Positions 18,881 through 28,504 of a stretch of 64,000 bases of DNA are shown here, one piece after another. The DNA is taken from the NCBI GenBank assembly GCA_037443035.1, contig JBBIPC010000006.1, forward strand, positions 129,092-193,091. The letters are read 5' to 3'. The number at the start of each line of letters is the position of its first letter. Position 1 is the first letter of the stretch. A program made the translations under genes and the position numbers. A model generated the notes under the pieces. The model was not told the origin of the DNA. It was given only the letters and a program-made list of their open reading frames with translations, and did no database searches. Origin of the DNA: Chthonomonadales bacterium (GTDB lineage: Bacteria > Armatimonadota > Chthonomonadetes > Chthonomonadales > CAJBBX01).

Positions 18881-19722
18881 ATCCCCAAAGCAGTCAGGCT
18901 GAACGCGTCCGGAGATCCTTGCCGACTCGGGCAGGCGGCTACACGCTGCTGGAAATGATGATCGCCGTGATTATGTTCGCTCTGATAACGGTGGCAACGA
19001 CGTTCATGCTCACAGCAGGTCTGCGTGGGCAGCAGCAGATCGGGGCCAAGGCAACTGAGGCTCAGGAGGCACGGGCCCTTCTGGGGGTGATCACGCGCGA
19101 TCTACGCAGCATGCTCGTGGTCTCTGGCAGCCCATCTACCTACTTTGTGGCAAGCGGCGCGGACACCGGGCCCGTACTCCAGTTCACGACACTGGCGTCG
19201 CGGCTCATGCCGGATCTTCTTGTCGAGGGCAGTTCGACGGATGCTAGCTCGGAGAATCTCGCGCCGCAGTCGGACCTCCTTCAGGTGACTTACGATTATG
19301 ACCCCAGCACTCATGTTCTGAGCCGTCTCGTTTCGCGTCTGCCGGGAGTCGAAACGTTACCTGCAGCTGGTGGGCCTGAGTGGATCATCTCACGTCGCGT
19401 CGCCTACATCGCTTTCACGTTCTACGATGCCTCCGGCAATACGCGCACGGAGTGGAACTACCAAACGCCGCAGACAGACACGACCGGAACGCAAGTAGAT
19501 GCATCCTCCTATGACACGACGCTGCCTGTACGCATAGATGTGGAGCTCGAGATGGATCGCCCGAGCGGAGATACCGTGGTGCTGCAGGCATCCGTGGTGC
19601 CGGCGAACAGCGCACCGCAACCTGCCGGCCAGAAGCCGGCTGCGGCGACGCAGCCCGCGGGCCCAGGTACGGGCGGTGCAGGAGGAGGCACCGTTGGTGG
19701 GGGAGGTGGGGCCGTTCCATGA
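18877..19722 (+). CDS. Minor pseudopilin, GspJ-like
   Basis: G|YTLLEMMIAV; ITRDLRS; C-terminal 'LP.RI.VEL'; ATGA overlaps on both sides. Confidence 0.83.
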   Translation: MNPQSSQAERVRRSLPTRAGGYTLLEMMIAVIMFALITVATTFMLTAGLRGQQQIGAKATEAQEARALLGVITRDLRSMLVVSGSPSTYFVASGADTGPVLQFTTLASRLMPDLLVEGSSTDASSENLAPQSDLLQVTYDYDPSTHVLSRLVSRLPGVETLPAAGGPEWIISRRVAYIAFTFYDASGNTRTEWNYQTPQTDTTGTQVDASSYDTTLPVRIDVELEMDRPSGDTVVLQASVVPANSAPQPAGQKPAAATQPAGPGTGGAGGGTVGGGGGAVP

Positions 19723-21104
19723 GCGGTCGAGCGCCTCTGGGCCCTTGCAGAGCCTGCCATGGACCCGCGAGCGGTCAGGCCCTGGTGCCTGTGCTGTTCG
19801 TGATAACGATCCTGACTGCCTTCGCTGTCACGCTCGCCGTACTCGCGAAGCGGGAGATACGCGCGGGAGCAGCGGACGTCCGACAGGCGCAGATGTACTA
19901 CATCGCACGCGGCGCAATCCAATACGCAGCGTCCCAGCTCCAGACAGCTACGAACGGCGGCGCAGTCTATGCCCAACTCGCCTTGCCGCCAGATACCGAC
20001 TCCAATGGCTGGACACGCCTAGGTGACGGGTGGTACAAGATCGACCTCATCGACACGGCCTCCCGTGCCAATATCAATCTTGCGAAGGGACCTGATCTGG
20101 CGCGCTTGCCGGGGATCTCAGGAGACCCTTCTATTGCCGCCGCGATCATGGACTGGCGTGATGCCGACGACGTCCCCACGGACATCAACGGAGCCGTTGG
20201 AGCTGAGAGCGAGTACTACGCCGCGCTGCCTCAGCCATACATGCCGAAGAACGCGCCGTTCGACACGGTGGATGAGCTCCTTCTCGTGCGCGGCATTACG
20301 CCGACCCTCCTCTACGGGGCCCGCGATGCGACAGGGGCTCTGCTTTCCCTGCAAAGCGCCTCGACCTCCTCTACGAGGCAGGATACGGGTGGGGTAACAG
20401 CCACCGACAGTGGCATTCCGCTCTGCGAGCTCGTGACGACGTATTCCCGCGAGCTGAATGTTGACAGCGATGGCAACAAGCGTATCAACCTCAAGACTGC
20501 AGGGCCGGATGTGCTTGTGAGCACTCTCGGTCTGCCGCCGAATCTCGTGCAGCGACTGATCCAGGCTCGCGGCAATAACGGGGAGAACCTCACGTCGGTC
20601 GCGGGTCTGCTAGACATCCCAGGTTTCAACCGCACCATCATGCAGCAGATCGGGGACAAAGTTACGGTAACGGACGATCAGTATCGCACTGGCGTGATCA
20701 ACATCAACACAGCACCTGCGGAGGTCCTCGCCACAATACCGAACGTGGACGAGACGATCTACAACGCCATAATCGAGGCAAGGCAGGGTGGAACAGTCTT
20801 CAATGGGCTTAACGACCTGTTTCAGTTGACCGCCCTCAACCGTCAACAGTTGCAGGCTCTGGTGGACAACGTGTGCACGAAGTCATCGGTGTATCTAGTG
20901 CGGGTCAAGGTAAGGGTGCTGGGGTCCAACGAGATCCGGGCGTATCAGGCGCTGGTGGAGGTAACCCCGCCATCCGTCGCCGAGGATGGCACTACGACCG
21001 CCACGCAGGCAAGCATCTATCAGTTCAAAGAGGTCGGACGCAACCCCGGCTGGTCATCCTGGTCCACCGGGGCGTTCTCCTCGGGAGGCAGCATTGGTAT
21101 CTAA
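19719..21104 (+). CDS. gspK: Minor pseudopilin, GspK-like, with helix-hairpin-helix motifs
   Basis: G|QALVPVLF (no Glu+5); IDTASRANIN; IMDWRDADD; GAESEYY; KNAPFDTVDELLLVRGI; ININTAPAEVL. Confidence 0.88.
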   Translation: MSGRAPLGPCRACHGPASGQALVPVLFVITILTAFAVTLAVLAKREIRAGAADVRQAQMYYIARGAIQYAASQLQTATNGGAVYAQLALPPDTDSNGWTRLGDGWYKIDLIDTASRANINLAKGPDLARLPGISGDPSIAAAIMDWRDADDVPTDINGAVGAESEYYAALPQPYMPKNAPFDTVDELLLVRGITPTLLYGARDATGALLSLQSASTSSTRQDTGGVTATDSGIPLCELVTTYSRELNVDSDGNKRINLKTAGPDVLVSTLGLPPNLVQRLIQARGNNGENLTSVAGLLDIPGFNRTIMQQIGDKVTVTDDQYRTGVININTAPAEVLATIPNVDETIYNAIIEARQGGTVFNGLNDLFQLTALNRQQLQALVDNVCTKSSVYLVRVKVRVLGSNEIRAYQALVEVTPPSVAEDGTTTATQASIYQFKEVGRNPGWSSWSTGAFSSGGSIGI

Positions 21105-22665
21105 CAGGAGCGGTTCGCACGATGCGCGAACCCGCCGCGTGGTGGCGATAGAGATAGGCGCTGGGGTGGTTCGTGCGGCGGAGGTCGAAGTTCGCGGACA
21201 GATCGCCAGAATCGTCCGAGGCGGGACTGCTGCGGTCGCCGATACGGTTTGGGAGGATCTGGCAGGCCATCGCGAGGATCTGGCGCATGCCATTCGAGCT
21301 GCCGTGAACTCCGCTGGAATCCGTGCGCGATCCGTTGTCACTGCGCTTCCCCGCCGCTTCGTGACCATCAAGTACGCGCGGCTACCGCAAGGAACGCCGG
21401 AGCAGGTTGCGGGAATGGTGCGCTACGAGGCCCAGCAGTACGTTCCGTTCCCTGTCGACGAAGTGGTCCTCGACCATCAGGTTGTCTTCGAAGGCTCGGA
21501 CGATATGGCCACCGTCATGATCGCGGCAGCGCGCAAGTCGCTCGTGAACGATCTGCTGGCAGCGTTCGACCGAGCGGGGCTGGACGTGACGCGTATCTCT
21601 GTTACCTCGCTTGCCCTGGCCGAGCATGTGCGCGATCTGGCCATGCCGACAGCGATCTGCCGGATCGATGGCAGTCAGGTGGACATCGCCGTGGCGAGCG
21701 CAGGTAGGGTGCTGTTCAGCAGGTCGGCGGATCTTGTTGCGGCAGGTTCGGACGCAGCGCTGGGAGACACACTGGCGGCCGAAGTTGCGAGATCTCTGGC
21801 AGCGTATCAGACGGAGTACCGAGCACATGCCATCGAGCATCTTGTGCTTGTCAACGATGGAAGCGCGGACGGACTTTCCGAAGCGCTGGCGACGTCGCTG
21901 CAGGTCGAGGTCACCGTCCTGAACCAAGACGCGGCGCCTGCGGTGATGGGTAACGGGGCAGGCGCACTCGCGTCTGGCCTCGCGCTGCACGAGTCTCAGA
22001 CAGCGCTCAGCCGTCTGAACTTGCTTCCGGCTGAACGCGTCCAACGCAAAGCTGAAATGCGCCGCAAGGCAGTGCTGCATGGCGCGCTGATTGCGGCGGC
22101 TTGCGTCATAGCGCTTGGCATTTGGATGGGTAGTCAGGCCCTGCAGGCTAAGAGCATGGAACGACGGAAGGCCCTTTACGAGAACGCGCGACTCAAGCGA
22201 ATACAGCCGCTTGCCAAACAAGCGCAGGATGAGCTGAACCGTGTCCGGCGCACCTATCTGACGATCAACTACGCACTCGGACGCGACAAGCCGGTCGTGG
22301 ATGTCATCAAAGCCATCAGCGATGCTCTGCCGCGCCAGAAGGGACTGCACCTGACCCAGCTCACGTTCGATCGAAACGGCCCAGTGGTTCTCCACGGTAA
22401 CGCGGAGACACAAGAATCCGTAACCGATTTTCTCCTCGGCCTCCAGACATGCGGGGTCTTCTCAGAGGCCAGGCTGGGATACCTAGGAGACGCAGGCACT
22501 GGCACCGCCATTCGTGCTGCATCGACAGGCGGAACCGAGAAGGCGACGGGCCTGAGCTTCATGCTGTACTGCAAGCTTCCACCGCCGCCTGTTCTGGAAG
22601 ATACGAAGCGAACGGGCGTCGTGCGGAAAACGGCTCGAACGAGCCAGGAGGAACTGGGACAATGA
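21094..22665 (+). CDS. PilM-PilN fusion (GspL-like) alignment protein
   Basis: Actin-like PilM N-terminus (VAIEIG, YEAQQYVPFP, AAARK), then 'LNLLP' PilN motif, TM helix and periplasmic domain; start approximate. Confidence 0.8.
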   Translation: MVSNRSGSHDARTRRVVAIEIGAGVVRAAEVEVRGQIARIVRGGTAAVADTVWEDLAGHREDLAHAIRAAVNSAGIRARSVVTALPRRFVTIKYARLPQGTPEQVAGMVRYEAQQYVPFPVDEVVLDHQVVFEGSDDMATVMIAAARKSLVNDLLAAFDRAGLDVTRISVTSLALAEHVRDLAMPTAICRIDGSQVDIAVASAGRVLFSRSADLVAAGSDAALGDTLAAEVARSLAAYQTEYRAHAIEHLVLVNDGSADGLSEALATSLQVEVTVLNQDAAPAVMGNGAGALASGLALHESQTALSRLNLLPAERVQRKAEMRRKAVLHGALIAAACVIALGIWMGSQALQAKSMERRKALYENARLKRIQPLAKQAQDELNRVRRTYLTINYALGRDKPVVDVIKAISDALPRQKGLHLTQLTFDRNGPVVLHGNAETQESVTDFLLGLQTCGVFSEARLGYLGDAGTGTAIRAASTGGTEKATGLSFMLYCKLPPPPVLEDTKRTGVVRKTARTSQEELGQ

Positions 22666-23228
22666 GCGTGGGCGGCCTCTGGAACGCGCGAACCCCACGG
22701 GAACGGGTCCTGATCATTCTCGGCGTCGTAGTCCTCTTCGTGGCGGGTTACCTAGTAGTGGTGCCGCAGGAAGCCAATAAGGCCGGCATGCTGGCTTCGT
22801 CGGTTGCTCGCAAGCGTTACATGGAAGAGCTCCAGCGCAAGCGGGATGCGGACGACAAGTTGGCCGAACTGAAGCCGAAACTTGATACCATTGCGTACAA
22901 AGAGACGTCTGAGAAAGTGATACCGTTGGTGCTGAAGACCCTGCACGAGCACGCGGCGAAGGCTGGTGTGCACCTGCGGGAGCTGAAGCCGCTGCGGCCA
23001 AGACAGATGGGCGACGCGACGAAAGTCAGCCTGACGGTGAGGTTCACTGGTGTATTCAGCCAGGTGATCCCATTCGTATATTACTTGGAGGATCCGCAGG
23101 GCAAGTTGGTCGTGGAGAAGCTGAACGTCTCGTCCCCGGATCCGAAGAGCCGACAGGTAGACGTAGAGGTGCAGGTGGCCCTGTTCACTGTCGAGGAGGC
23201 GGGCGCACCGGGAGGCAAGAAGTCATGA
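22662..23228 (+). CDS. PilO/GspM-like protein
   Basis: 'TPRERVLI' plus TM helix, coiled coil, 'A.KAGV.L', 'G.FSQVIPFVYYLE'. Confidence 0.78.
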   Translation: MSVGGLWNARTPRERVLIILGVVVLFVAGYLVVVPQEANKAGMLASSVARKRYMEELQRKRDADDKLAELKPKLDTIAYKETSEKVIPLVLKTLHEHAAKAGVHLRELKPLRPRQMGDATKVSLTVRFTGVFSQVIPFVYYLEDPQGKLVVEKLNVSSPDPKSRQVDVEVQVALFTVEEAGAPGGKKS

Positions 23229-24043
23229 GAACGACAGCAATAGCACGCAGCAGCGGAGTATCTGGACGGGGACGGTGGGCACTGCTGGCTGGCATTGGGG
23301 CGACGGCTCTCCTTGCCGCAGCCATCCTCGCTCAGACGAAGCCCCGTTCAAGTCAGCCGACACGTGGTACCGTCCAGCGCAGCGAGGCGAAAAACGCGCC
23401 GGTGGAACTTAGGCCCGCTGAACGCAGACCGCTCAGTTATTACACGACAGGTGTCCGTGCGGACATCTTCGGCGCCGCGTCCGTTCCCGAACCGGTGGTG
23501 AAAGTGGAGCAGCCCAAACCGACACTGCCGGCTCCAGCGCCGGAAGTCATCGATCCATTCGCGGACTATGCCTATACCGGCACCATCATGATGGGTGAGC
23601 AGGCTTTGGCACTCATCGAGAACTCCAAGACCAAAGAAGGTACGTACGTCAAGGTTGGCGATCAGCTCATCGGCGGTGTGGTGACAGAGGTCACGGACCG
23701 GGGCGTGACGATCAACGTGGCGGGCAAACCTCGCACTCTCTACAAGACGGAAGACTTCAAGCTGACGCCTCTGGACAAGGACGCAGCGTTCCTCACGCCT
23801 CAGCAACCGGGGATGGGTGGGCAGCGCGGGATGATGCCCGGGATGAGGCCGGGTGGCATGATGATGCCTGGTATGGGGCCCGGCGGTATGCCAGGGGGTG
23901 CGCCTGGCATGATGCCTGGCTTCGGTGGTGGAGGCTTCATGCAGCGCTTCCAGGGTCTCACTCCCGAGCAGCTTCAGGAGATGCGTAATCGTTTCATGAA
24001 CCGATCATTCGAGGGCGGCAACCGCCGCCGTAGGTTCTTCTGA
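23225..24043 (+). CDS. GspC/PilP-like protein with a Met/Gly-rich tail
   Basis: N-terminal TM; 'YTGTIMMGEQALALIE...YVKVGDQL.G.VVTEV' HR-like domain; lies just before the secretin. Confidence 0.65.
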   Translation: MRTTAIARSSGVSGRGRWALLAGIGATALLAAAILAQTKPRSSQPTRGTVQRSEAKNAPVELRPAERRPLSYYTTGVRADIFGAASVPEPVVKVEQPKPTLPAPAPEVIDPFADYAYTGTIMMGEQALALIENSKTKEGTYVKVGDQLIGGVVTEVTDRGVTINVAGKPRTLYKTEDFKLTPLDKDAAFLTPQQPGMGGQRGMMPGMRPGGMMMPGMGPGGMPGGAPGMMPGFGGGGFMQRFQGLTPEQLQEMRNRFMNRSFEGGNRRRRFF

Positions 24044-24071
24044 CATGAGGCTTCTACAGGAGGCCCGGACA

Positions 24072-27000
24072 ATGAGACAGACGACCCGATTTGCCGTCGT
24101 GCCGGCGGTGCTCGTGCTGACGTTAGCGACGGTAGGACCACCGAGTCTGGCACAGAGCGGCTCAAAGGCAGGCAAGTCCGGCAGCGGCAAGACCACGACG
24201 AGCCGGGGGAAAAGCGCCGGTGGTTCGAAAGTGAATACGTTGCCGGGTCTGCCATCGAGTAGCACCCGAACGGGTCTGCAGGTGGTTCGCTTGCAGGCTC
24301 CTCCGCCTCCACAGGAGAAGAAAGACGCGCCCCCCACGCAAAACGGCCAAGGTACTCCGCCACCGTCGCAGGGTGGGCAGGGCGCACCACCATCCCAGGG
24401 AGGGCCAACGCCACCGCCCGGTCAGGGGGATCAGGCGGCTCCGCCGCCCACGCAGACAGGCCAGGGGAACACACCCGTGCAGGGCGGTGAGAATGCTCCT
24501 GCCGCAGGCGGGGAAGGCCGATCCAGTCGTAGGAGCCGCCAGTCGGGCGGGTTTGGCGGCGGCTTCGGTGGCTTCGGTGGCTTCGGTGGTGGTGCGACGA
24601 TCACGATGGACTTCCGTGGAGCCGACATTGGCAACGTCTTGAAGTTCTTTTCCATGGCCACAGGTTGGCAGATAGTCCCCGATGCTAACCTGACGGGTCC
24701 TGTCACCATTATCAGCCCCAAGCCGTTGACGCTCGATCAGGCTTTCCAGGTACTCCAATCTACGCTGGAAGTGCGTGGCTACAGCGGTCAGATCGAGAAG
24801 CGCGGGGATACGACGATACTGAAGATCGTGCCGTTGGACCGCGCAGTGCAAAGCACCCCATTACTGAGCAGCCCCGAGGGGGGTGTTGTGCCGGATCAGG
24901 CGCAGGGGCAGGTGATCACGCAGGTCATTCCCATCGAGAATGTGGATGCGGCCTCACTGGCTCGCGAGCTCCAACCGCTCATCAATAAGGGAGCCAGCAT
25001 GGTGGGTAGCGCTGGAACGAACGCGCTCGTTGTCACCGACACGGCAACCAACGTGAAGAGGATCTCGGAACTGGTCAAGCTCCTCGACCGTGCAGCGAGT
25101 AATAACGAGCTTCGTATGTTCCGCCTCAAGCGAGCCGACGCGACCGACGTTGCCAGCGCAGTGAACTCACTATTCCGGCAGATCTACACGCGAGGGACGA
25201 ACCGTGGCATGCAGATGATGCCCGGCCAGCCCGGCATGCCACCAGGGATGCCGGGTATGCCGGGACAGCCACAGCCCAACATGCCCACGGGGCAGGAGCG
25301 AGGTGCCGTGGTCGCTGTTGCCGACACACGCACGAACTCGGTGCTCGTGGTAGCGTCGAAGGAAAACATGCAGCGGGTGGAGGACCTCATCAACAACCTC
25401 GATGACGAGAGCGCCGGGGCCCTAGAAACGAAGATCGTGAAGATGAAATACGCCAACGCCGTGGATGTGGCGAACACGATCAGCCAGGTCCTCACGGAGG
25501 CGGCGACAGCGCGGAGTACGTCAGGCAGAACTGGCGGCGCGAGCTTCTTCCAGCGGGTGTTCGGTATGGGCGGTGGCCAACAGCAGCAGACGCAGAGCAG
25601 CGGCGACCCCTTCGCCAAGGTCGTGGCTGACGCTCGGACGAACTCGCTCATTATCACTGCTACGGCTGAGAGGATGGCCCGCATTGACGAGATGATCGCC
25701 GCGCTGGATGTGGATGTGCCGGTCGAGACAACGACCTTTGTCATCCCGCTGAAGAATGCCCAAGCATCGGACCTGGCAGTCATCTTGGGTGACGCGTTCG
25801 GAACGGGTACCGGTTCCAGAAGCTCGGGCACCTCCTATGGAGTCATGTTCAACCCGTTCGGCACGACGCAACGCTCGAATCAGCGTCAGAACATCCAGCG
25901 ACGCCAGAGCACAACGGGGCGAACGACTGGGCGCGCCGCTCCCATCAATGCCCCAGGAACATCGCGTGCCTATCCCGACGAGGTGCACGGCACGCTGACG
26001 CCTGAAGGCTTCGTACCGGATGCAGAGCAGGATGATGATCTATCCGGACAGACACGGCAGTTCGTCTTCGGACAAGGCGGTCAGATGGGGTTCGGAGGGG
26101 GGAGGCAGGGCACGGCGACTCAGCCGCTCTACGGTCGCGGGCAGCAGGGGAACTTCGTCAACCTTCTCCAGTTCCGCAACAACGTCAACGTCGCCGCCGA
26201 TCCGTCCAGCAACAGCCTCATCGTGACGACGACGCCAGACACCATCGAGGAGCTGCGCCGCATCATCGCCCAGTTGGACACCGTCCCCAACCAGGTGATG
26301 ATCGAAGTTATCATTGCCGAGGCCAGCGTCAACGCATCGCAGAAGCTGGGCTTCCAGTTCGATGCTTCCGGTATAGGCAAGCTCTTCGGTTCACCCATCA
26401 CGCAGCAGGGCAACTCGAACTTCCCGCTGGGGTCCGCGGGTTCAACGTCCGCAAACATCACTTCACCGATATCGCCTGGTGTCCAGTACGGGGTACAGAG
26501 CGAGAAGTTCAACGCACTGGTTCAAGCGCTGAACAGCGACAACCGGGTGCACATCTTGTCCACACCTCGCGTCTTCACGTCCAACAACCAGCAGGCGCAG
26601 GTCTCGGTGACTACGCGAGTTCCCTATGCCACGAGCTCGTTCACAGGTGGGCTTAATATCGGCTCCAGTGTGACGTATGACTGGCTGGATGTCGGCATTA
26701 CCCTCGACGTGACGCCGAGGATAACGGCCGATGGTCTGGTGACAATAGATGTCGTCGCGACGGCCAGTGAGCTTCTCGGTTTCGACACACTGCAGAGCAG
26801 CGTTGACACCAACGGCCGCTCCACGAGCATCCTGGCACCTCGCACCTCGGACCGAACGACTGATACGTCCGTCACTGTGCGGGATGGCGAAATCGTCGCT
26901 CTGGCAGGGCTGATGCGGGATAGCAAGAACACGCGCATCGACAAGGTCCCCCTGCTGGGCGACATCCCGATCATAGGCAGCCTCTTCCGGACTAGTACGA

Positions 27001-27284
27001 CCAGCACAGAGAAGACGGAACTCATGATCTTCCTCGTGCCGCACGTCATCTCCGGCGACGCGTCGGCGAGGGCTATGACGGAAGATGTATCGAAGAACGT
27101 CCGGCGGTTGGTCCCCGAGCTGGAGAGAGAGCGTCCGGAGCTGAAGCCGCGACAGCAGACACCTCCGCAACACGGCCAGCAGACACCGCCGGAAGGCGGA
27201 CAACAGACACCCCCTGGGCAAGGTGGTCAGCAGACGCCACCACCCGGCAACACGGGCCAGCAGACTCCGCCGGCGAAGCCCTGA
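24072..27284 (+). CDS. gspD: Outer-membrane secretin (GspD)
   Basis: MDFRGADI N0 domain; repeated 'AD.RTNS.V/LI' N-domains; QVMIEVIIAE; DVGITLDVTPRI; VPLLGDIPIIGSLFR; TELMIFLVPHVI; RBS before ATG 24072. Confidence 0.93.
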   Translation: MRQTTRFAVVPAVLVLTLATVGPPSLAQSGSKAGKSGSGKTTTSRGKSAGGSKVNTLPGLPSSSTRTGLQVVRLQAPPPPQEKKDAPPTQNGQGTPPPSQGGQGAPPSQGGPTPPPGQGDQAAPPPTQTGQGNTPVQGGENAPAAGGEGRSSRRSRQSGGFGGGFGGFGGFGGGATITMDFRGADIGNVLKFFSMATGWQIVPDANLTGPVTIISPKPLTLDQAFQVLQSTLEVRGYSGQIEKRGDTTILKIVPLDRAVQSTPLLSSPEGGVVPDQAQGQVITQVIPIENVDAASLARELQPLINKGASMVGSAGTNALVVTDTATNVKRISELVKLLDRAASNNELRMFRLKRADATDVASAVNSLFRQIYTRGTNRGMQMMPGQPGMPPGMPGMPGQPQPNMPTGQERGAVVAVADTRTNSVLVVASKENMQRVEDLINNLDDESAGALETKIVKMKYANAVDVANTISQVLTEAATARSTSGRTGGASFFQRVFGMGGGQQQQTQSSGDPFAKVVADARTNSLIITATAERMARIDEMIAALDVDVPVETTTFVIPLKNAQASDLAVILGDAFGTGTGSRSSGTSYGVMFNPFGTTQRSNQRQNIQRRQSTTGRTTGRAAPINAPGTSRAYPDEVHGTLTPEGFVPDAEQDDDLSGQTRQFVFGQGGQMGFGGGRQGTATQPLYGRGQQGNFVNLLQFRNNVNVAADPSSNSLIVTTTPDTIEELRRIIAQLDTVPNQVMIEVIIAEASVNASQKLGFQFDASGIGKLFGSPITQQGNSNFPLGSAGSTSANITSPISPGVQYGVQSEKFNALVQALNSDNRVHILSTPRVFTSNNQQAQVSVTTRVPYATSSFTGGLNIGSSVTYDWLDVGITLDVTPRITADGLVTIDVVATASELLGFDTLQSSVDTNGRSTSILAPRTSDRTTDTSVTVRDGEIVALAGLMRDSKNTRIDKVPLLGDIPIIGSLFRTSTTSTEKTELMIFLVPHVISGDASARAMTEDVSKNVRRLVPELERERPELKPRQQTPPQHGQQTPPEGGQQTPPGQGGQQTPPPGNTGQQTPPAKP
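24561..24587 (+). repeat. 9-bp tandem repeat (GGCTTCGGT)x3 encoding GFG repeats in the secretin
   Basis: Directly visible in the sequence. Confidence 0.85.
27153..27281 (+). repeat. Five QQTPP peptide repeats at the secretin C-terminus
   Basis: QQTPPQHGQQTPPEGGQQTPPGQGGQQTPPPGNTGQQTPP. Confidence 0.9.
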
Positions 27285-27307
27285 ACCCCGTGCAACGTTG
27301 CGAACGA

Positions 27308-27337
27308 CGCGGGGCAGGCCACGCGACCTGCCCCGCG
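27308..27337. terminator. GC-rich hairpin between convergent gspD and Gfo/Idh/MocA genes
   Basis: CGCGGGGCAGG...CCTGCCCCGCG, 11-bp stem; only a weak T tract follows. Confidence 0.6.
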
Positions 27338-27360
27338 CGTCGCTTCTGTTCGGAAATCCG

Positions 27361-28461
27361 CTACAGCTTCAACGCCGTGGAGACCGAAGCTTCCCGGACC
27401 TCGTCGGCGGTCACTTCCCTACCCAGCCTATCGGATAGGTAGATCCCCTCGCTGATGAGCATGGTCGCCAGGGCGGCTTCGGCGGTGGGCAGGAGCTCCA
27501 CCCGACCCTGCAGGGCGGCGATCCAATGATGCTGCGGCGAGTCGTAGGCGGACGTCTCTTCGTAGAGCTGGTGCCATCGCCAGTCCGCGCTGTCCAAGAG
27601 AAACGTCGCGTCCATCTCCATGTCGCAGACGGTGGTGTGGAACGAGAAGGGCTCCAGGCGCACGCCACCTTTGGACCCGAGAACGCAACTCCCCTCCAGG
27701 CCGCTTAGGTGCAGGGCCCAGGACTCGATGATGTCCAGGGTGATGTCGTCAGCCAACTTCACGAATCCCAGCCCCAGCTCCTCGACGTTGTACCCGCTGG
27801 ATTGGCGGCGGCCAGCGTCCATGTCGGTCTCTTGATAGACCTTGCCACTGATGCGGAGCACTTGGGGCAGGCCGAGCAGGTAGAGGATCCGGGCGATGTG
27901 ATAGACCCCCATGTCGTAGAGGGCGCCTCCCGCGGCAACCTCCTTCTTGACGAAGGACGCGGTGCCATAGCCATCCACGAAGGGCCTGCCTCGCCGCCGA
28001 AAACCTGAGGAGCGGGCATGGTAGAGGTGCCCGAGGTAGCCCCCGTCTATCAGGCGCTTGGCGGCTTTGGTTTCCTTGGAAAAAAGAGTCGAGAGCTGGA
28101 TGCTCAGCTTGCGCCCGCACTTCCGGGCTGTCTCGTACATCCGCAGGGCGTCTACGTACGAGCCGGCCATGGGCTTCTCGCAGTAGACATGCTTGCCGGC
28201 CTCCAACGCGGCGATGGTGACCGGCGCGTGCAGGTTGTTGTGCAGGCAGATGTCCACGGCCACCACTTCCGGATCGGCAAGAAGATCCCGGAAGTTGGTG
28301 TAGGTCCGCGGGATGGAGAAACGCTCGGCGACGCGGTGCAGCTCGTCTTGGGCGATGTCGGCGGCCGCGACGGCCTTGGCCCCCTCGATGCGGGCATAGT
28401 TCTCCAGATGGTGCTTGCCGATCTGGCCCACACCGATGATCCCGATTGGCAAAGGTTCCAT
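27361..28461 (-). CDS. Gfo/Idh/MocA family NAD(P)-dependent oxidoreductase
   Basis: [11 protein letters not shown]ossmann motif, [22 protein letters not shown]. Confidence 0.92.
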   Translation of the reverse strand: MEPLPIGIIGVGQIGKHHLENYARIEGAKAVAAADIAQDELHRVAERFSIPRTYTNFRDLLADPEVVAVDICLHNNLHAPVTIAALEAGKHVYCEKPMAGSYVDALRMYETARKCGRKLSIQLSTLFSKETKAAKRLIDGGYLGHLYHARSSGFRRRGRPFVDGYGTASFVKKEVAAGGALYDMGVYHIARILYLLGLPQVLRISGKVYQETDMDAGRRQSSGYNVEELGLGFVKLADDITLDIIESWALHLSGLEGSCVLGSKGGVRLEPFSFHTTVCDMEMDATFLLDSADWRWHQLYEETSAYDSPQHHWIAALQGRVELLPTAEAALATMLISEGIYLSDRLGREVTADEVREASVSTALKL

Positions 28462-28504
28462 GTGTCGCTACTCCTCGAGTTGGGAATGCAGTCTGGCACG
28501 ACGG

